Under the pieces are notes generated by a model. The model did not search any database, had not been told where the DNA came from, and saw only the letters and a list, made by a program, of their open reading frames with translations. This document shows, piece by piece, positions 60,438 to 64,000 of a stretch of 64,000 nt of DNA. Source of the DNA: Marinicella sp. Lineage in GTDB: Bacteria > Pseudomonadota > Gammaproteobacteria > Xanthomonadales > Marinicellaceae. The translations under genes were made by a program, and so were the position numbers. Position 1 is the first letter of the stretch, and each line of letters starts with the position of its first letter. The stretch covers positions 2,528,001 through 2,592,000 of the forward strand of contig OZ246001.1 in the NCBI GenBank assembly GCA_965230295.1, in the 5' to 3' direction.

Positions 60438-62354
60438 ATGGAAAATGATCAAAACATTGAACAGGCTCTGGCCGCAGAAAGGGAAAACTTCAAAACGATG
60501 TTTGAAATGTCAGGTGATGCCAATCTGATTTTTCAAAACAGTGCCATCGTTGACTGTAATCAAACCGTGGTTGAAATGTTGGGTCTTGATAACAAGCAAC
60601 AGTTTCTGCATTCGGATTTTTCAGATTGGTTGCCCAAACAACAGCCCAATGGAGATGATTCGGTTGAATTGATGCAAAAGATGGTTCTCAGGTCATTCAA
60701 AAACATCAACCATAGATTTGAGTGCTTAACCAAACGCAAAGACGGTACGACATTTTGGGTGGATGCGATATTTACCAAGATTAAATACAACGGCACCAAT
60801 GCTTTGTACATCGTATGGAGAGACATCAACAATCAAAAGAAAATGGAGCAAAACTTGATGGCTGCCAGGCATGAAGCTGAGCAAGCCAATCAGGCCAAAT
60901 CTGAATTCCTGGCCAACATGTCTCATGAAATTCGCACACCCATGAATGCCATCATTGGCTTTACTGAATTGTTGGATGAGCAAGTCAATGAGCCACAGTT
61001 GAAGTCTTATGTGAAAACCATCAAGTCTGCTGGTGATACGCTGTTGATGCTGATCAATGATATTCTGGATTTATCTAAGATTGAAGCAGGAAAGGTAAGC
61101 AGTCAGATCATCGCATTTAACCCGCACGAATACTTTGAGGACATCGCTCAGATTTTCACCATCAACACCCAGAAAAAAGGCTTACAATTGGTTTTGGACA
61201 TCAGTAAGGATGTGCCTAATTCTTTGTGTCTAGACATCAATCATTTGCGACAAATCATGTTCAATTTGCTGGGTAATGCCATTAAATTCAGTGAGATGGG
61301 AGAGGTCTTTCTGCGGGTTAAAACATTTGATGCCAACAGCGACCGAACCGGCCTACTGATTGAAGTCGAGGATCATGGTATTGGCATCCCAGAAGAGGAG
61401 CAGGAGTCAATCTTTGAAACCTTTGAACAACAATCAAACCAAGACCGCAATAAATATTCAGGCACAGGTCTGGGTTTAGCCATCAGTAAAAAGTTGGTCA
61501 ATCAAATGGGGGGTAAAATCACCCTAAAAAGTCAAATTGGACGTGGTTCATGCTTCACCATATCCATACCCAATGTACCAAGCGCGTGTGAGGTGCCTGA
61601 AGTTTCCAGGTTGGATGTTGCTGTTGAGCAGGCCAAGGAATACATTTTCGATAAAGCAGTGTTGTTGGTGGTGGATGATAACTACCACAACAGGGCATTG
61701 GTGGCTGAACATTTTGCCAATTCAAAAGTCACTACCCTGCATGCTGAAAATGGTATGGATGCGGTTCATTGTGTGGAAAACCATAAGGTGAACATGGTTT
61801 TGATGGACATCAGAATGCCCATCATGGATGGTTACCAGGCCGCTGAACTGATCAAAGCCAAGCACCCTGATTTACCGATTGTTGCGCTGACTGCTTCGGT
61901 GCTTAAGGATGATCATGAACGCATTCAAAAAGGGCATTTCGATGGTTTCTTACCCAAACCCATCATTAAATTGCGGTTGTTGGAAATGGTGGGTCGTTTC
62001 TTGCCTCACACAGAAGACCTGAAACAGCACAGCGATACACCGGATCAACAAGTGCTTAATGAGACTGAGCTGGCTCAATTGCCTGGGTTATTGGTTTTTC
62101 TGCGTGGGCCAGTGAACAAGGCTTGGGAGTTGGCCATGGCCACCCAAAGCCTCAAAGACATAGGTGCTTTTGTGAAGTTATTGAATGAATCAAAACAGCG
62201 ACTTCATTTACAAACCATTGCCCAATATGCACAAACACTGGATCATCATGTACAAACGTTTGCGGTGATTGAAATTCAACAAGTAATGCAACAATTTAAA
62301 TCCATTGTCACACAGGTTGAAGCGCTTCAATCAGGACATGAGTCAGATGACTAA
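60438..62354 (+). CDS. PAS-containing hybrid sensor histidine kinase/receiver
   Basis: PAS, FLANMSHEIRTPMN, NLLGNAIKF, GTGLGL, and REC motif MDIRMP. Confidence 0.93.
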   Translation: MENDQNIEQALAAERENFKTMFEMSGDANLIFQNSAIVDCNQTVVEMLGLDNKQQFLHSDFSDWLPKQQPNGDDSVELMQKMVLRSFKNINHRFECLTKRKDGTTFWVDAIFTKIKYNGTNALYIVWRDINNQKKMEQNLMAARHEAEQANQAKSEFLANMSHEIRTPMNAIIGFTELLDEQVNEPQLKSYVKTIKSAGDTLLMLINDILDLSKIEAGKVSSQIIAFNPHEYFEDIAQIFTINTQKKGLQLVLDISKDVPNSLCLDINHLRQIMFNLLGNAIKFSEMGEVFLRVKTFDANSDRTGLLIEVEDHGIGIPEEEQESIFETFEQQSNQDRNKYSGTGLGLAISKKLVNQMGGKITLKSQIGRGSCFTISIPNVPSACEVPEVSRLDVAVEQAKEYIFDKAVLLVVDDNYHNRALVAEHFANSKVTTLHAENGMDAVHCVENHKVNMVLMDIRMPIMDGYQAAELIKAKHPDLPIVALTASVLKDDHERIQKGHFDGFLPKPIIKLRLLEMVGRFLPHTEDLKQHSDTPDQQVLNETELAQLPGLLVFLRGPVNKAWELAMATQSLKDIGAFVKLLNESKQRLHLQTIAQYAQTLDHHVQTFAVIEIQQVMQQFKSIVTQVEALQSGHESDD

Positions 62355-62958
62355 GCCATTGACTTTGGTATGGATAGGGGTGTTTTTGGCAGTGCTGATT
62401 TGGTCTGCCATCAATCCACATGACACTTACACATGGCTTTTGGAAGTTTTGCCAGCCATGGTAGGCGCCTTGGTGTTGTGGTATTTCAGGTCCTCTTGGC
62501 CGATGACCTCGATGGTGTATTTATTGATACTCATCCACTGCATCATCTTAATGGTGGGTGCGCACTACACTTATGCCTTGGTACCTGGGTTTGATCAATT
62601 CATGTCTGGTGTGTGGCCAGAGCGGAATAACTACGATAAATTGGGGCACTTTGCGCAGGGTTTTGTTCCCGCCATGATTTGTCGCGAAGTGGTGATCAGA
62701 CATGCGGTGATCTCATCTGTTGGGTGGCGCCGGTTTTTTATTGTCAGCTTCTGTCTGGGTTTTTCGGCCTTCTATGAATTAATAGAATGGTGGGTGGCAT
62801 TACTCAGTTCTGAAGCTGCAGATTCATTTTTAGGTACCCAAGGCTATGTTTGGGACACCCAGTCGGACATGTTCCTGGCCTTGATCGGCAGTGTCATGGC
62901 GCTGGTGCTCTTGAGTCCTTGGCACGACAAACAACTGAACCAATTGGAGAATCCTTAA
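62347..62958 (+). CDS. DUF2238 (YjdF-like) membrane protein
   Basis: TWLLE, GAHYTYA, RNNYDKLGHFAQG and FLGTQGYVWDTQSDM. Confidence 0.9.
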   Translation: MTKPLTLVWIGVFLAVLIWSAINPHDTYTWLLEVLPAMVGALVLWYFRSSWPMTSMVYLLILIHCIILMVGAHYTYALVPGFDQFMSGVWPERNNYDKLGHFAQGFVPAMICREVVIRHAVISSVGWRRFFIVSFCLGFSAFYELIEWWVALLSSEAADSFLGTQGYVWDTQSDMFLALIGSVMALVLLSPWHDKQLNQLENP

Positions 62959-63380
62959 TGATTGAAATAATGATTCCTGTTTTCTTACAGGTCATGCTGA
63001 CTTTTGCTATTTTATTTGTATTGGGCATACTGCGCTATCGCAGTGTCAGCCAGCGCACCGTTCACCCAAAAGATTATGTACTGATGACAGGTCAAGACCA
63101 ATGGCCGGTCAACATACAACGCCTGGGACGCTCATTCCATAACCAACTTGAAGTGCCCTTGTTGTTTTATGTCCTGGCTTTGGCTATTTTGGTGACTGAA
63201 GTCCAGGATGACTTGTTGCTCACTCTGGCATGGGTGTATGTGGGTTTGCGTTATGTGCATGCCTTGATCCACATTGTCTATAACAAAGTGGTACATCGAT
63301 TCAGCATATTCATCCTGTCGAGTCTGGTATTGGTGGTGATGTGGGTGTTGTTTTTGTTTGAAATCAACTCAAAGCTATAG
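62958..63380 (+). CDS. MAPEG family membrane protein
   Basis: FHNQLEVPLLFY, AWVYVGLRYVHA; TAATG overlap with upstream gene, GGAG RBS. Confidence 0.88.
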   Translation: MIEIMIPVFLQVMLTFAILFVLGILRYRSVSQRTVHPKDYVLMTGQDQWPVNIQRLGRSFHNQLEVPLLFYVLALAILVTEVQDDLLLTLAWVYVGLRYVHALIHIVYNKVVHRFSIFILSSLVLVVMWVLFLFEINSKL

Positions 63381-63410
63381 ATTTGAGTCATCATGCCGAG
63401 CCAATAGAAT

Positions 63411-64000
63411 TCAGGTGTGGCTTAAAATTTGATGAATCAAAGCCTGTCGAATCAATACGCCATTCTTGACCTGATCCAAGATGACTGATTGAGGGCCGTC
63501 GGCCACTTCATCGGCTATTTCAATGCCCCGATTCATGGGCCCGGGGTGCATCACAATGGTGTCAGGCTTGGCCCACTTGAGGGTTTGTTCATTCAAGCCA
63601 TATTGGTCGTGCCATTCTGCAAAATTGATTTCAAGGTCCTTCGCCAGACGCTCTTTCTGGATCCGCAGCATCACCACCACATCTGCTTGGTTGAGTGCTG
63701 CTTGAAGTGAACTGGCTTTGCGGTGTCTTTGCTCGACCGGTATCAAGCCATCTGGTGCAAACACTTGAATTTGAGTGGTGCCCATCAGTTGTAGTCCATC
63801 TAACAGAGAGTTTGCCACTCTGGAGTGTTTGATGTCACCAATGATTGTGACCTTAATGTTTCTGAAGTCTTGTTTGTGTTGGCTGATGGTGTACAGGTCC
63901 AGTAAGCCTTGGGTGGGGTGTTGATGGGTGCCATCGCCGGCATTGATGATGCTGGTTTGGTTGTCCAGCCACGAAACCATGGCTGACTGGATATTGTTTT
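63411..64000 (-). CDS. pyrB: Aspartate carbamoyltransferase catalytic subunit (5' end outside window)
   Basis: INAGDG, HPTQGLLD, GDIKHSRV, LRIQKER and HPGPMNRG motifs. Confidence 0.96.
   Translation of the reverse strand, partial: NNIQSAMVSWLDNQTSIINAGDGTHQHPTQGLLDLYTISQHKQDFRNIKVTIIGDIKHSRVANSLLDGLQLMGTTQIQVFAPDGLIPVEQRHRKASSLQAALNQADVVVMLRIQKERLAKDLEINFAEWHDQYGLNEQTLKWAKPDTIVMHPGPMNRGIEIADEVADGPQSVILDQVKNGVLIRQALIHQILSHT

Noticed and set aside
60350-60448. Short ORF upstream of the hybrid kinase as a frameshifted N-terminus
   Set aside because: Different frame and no domain-like content; the kinase ORF looks complete from 60438
59287-62354. HD-GYP/hybrid kinase pair as a novel system
   Set aside because: Common RpfG/RpfC-like architecture; nothing atypical visible
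301-63710. Numerous short antisense or alternate-frame ORFs in the track (e.g. 301-540, 2469-2912, 29106-29567, 35411-35947, 40368-40889, 49513-49830)
   Set aside because: They are shadows of well-supported genes or lack motifs and ribosome-binding sites

Overview
A chromosomal window from a gammaproteobacterium; gene content, style and the C-terminal 'D-x-IF-x-D-x-FE' motif suggest a Marinicella-like marine lineage (inference). Most of it is housekeeping: rpsU-yqeY-dnaG-rpoD, ychF, an LPS/LOS modification cluster, purC, djlA, rpe, a PhoPQ-like two-component system, mazG, mutT-secA-M23-dciA, dapD-dapE-dusA, typA, htpX, metK-ahcY-metF, metX-metB-metL (with tandem Met boxes), an HD-GYP/hybrid-kinase pair and pyrB. 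The most unusual part is an AT-rich cassette between mazG and mutT (25578-28095, minus strand). It encodes a stand-alone EAL protein, a DUF6502-like HTH protein and a small secreted protein with two arrays of xxEGTG repeats, one on each side of its signal peptide. Downstream is a ~240-nt structured region with two unrelated stems that each present a near-identical (AC)n loop, and every wobble pair points to minus-strand RNA. About 20 kb away, an orphan CI/LexA-like repressor has an apparent divergent small RNA instead of a cro gene, and its GU-rich 5' part is a 13-nt perfect complement of one of those loops. Other points of interest: an AT-rich orphan proteasome-beta/HslV-like gene beside REP-like elements, a G10 tract inside metB, and an inverted repeat over the metK ribosome-binding site. 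No tRNA, rRNA, CRISPR array or transposase was recognised. All family assignments come from motif recognition by eye, not database searches.
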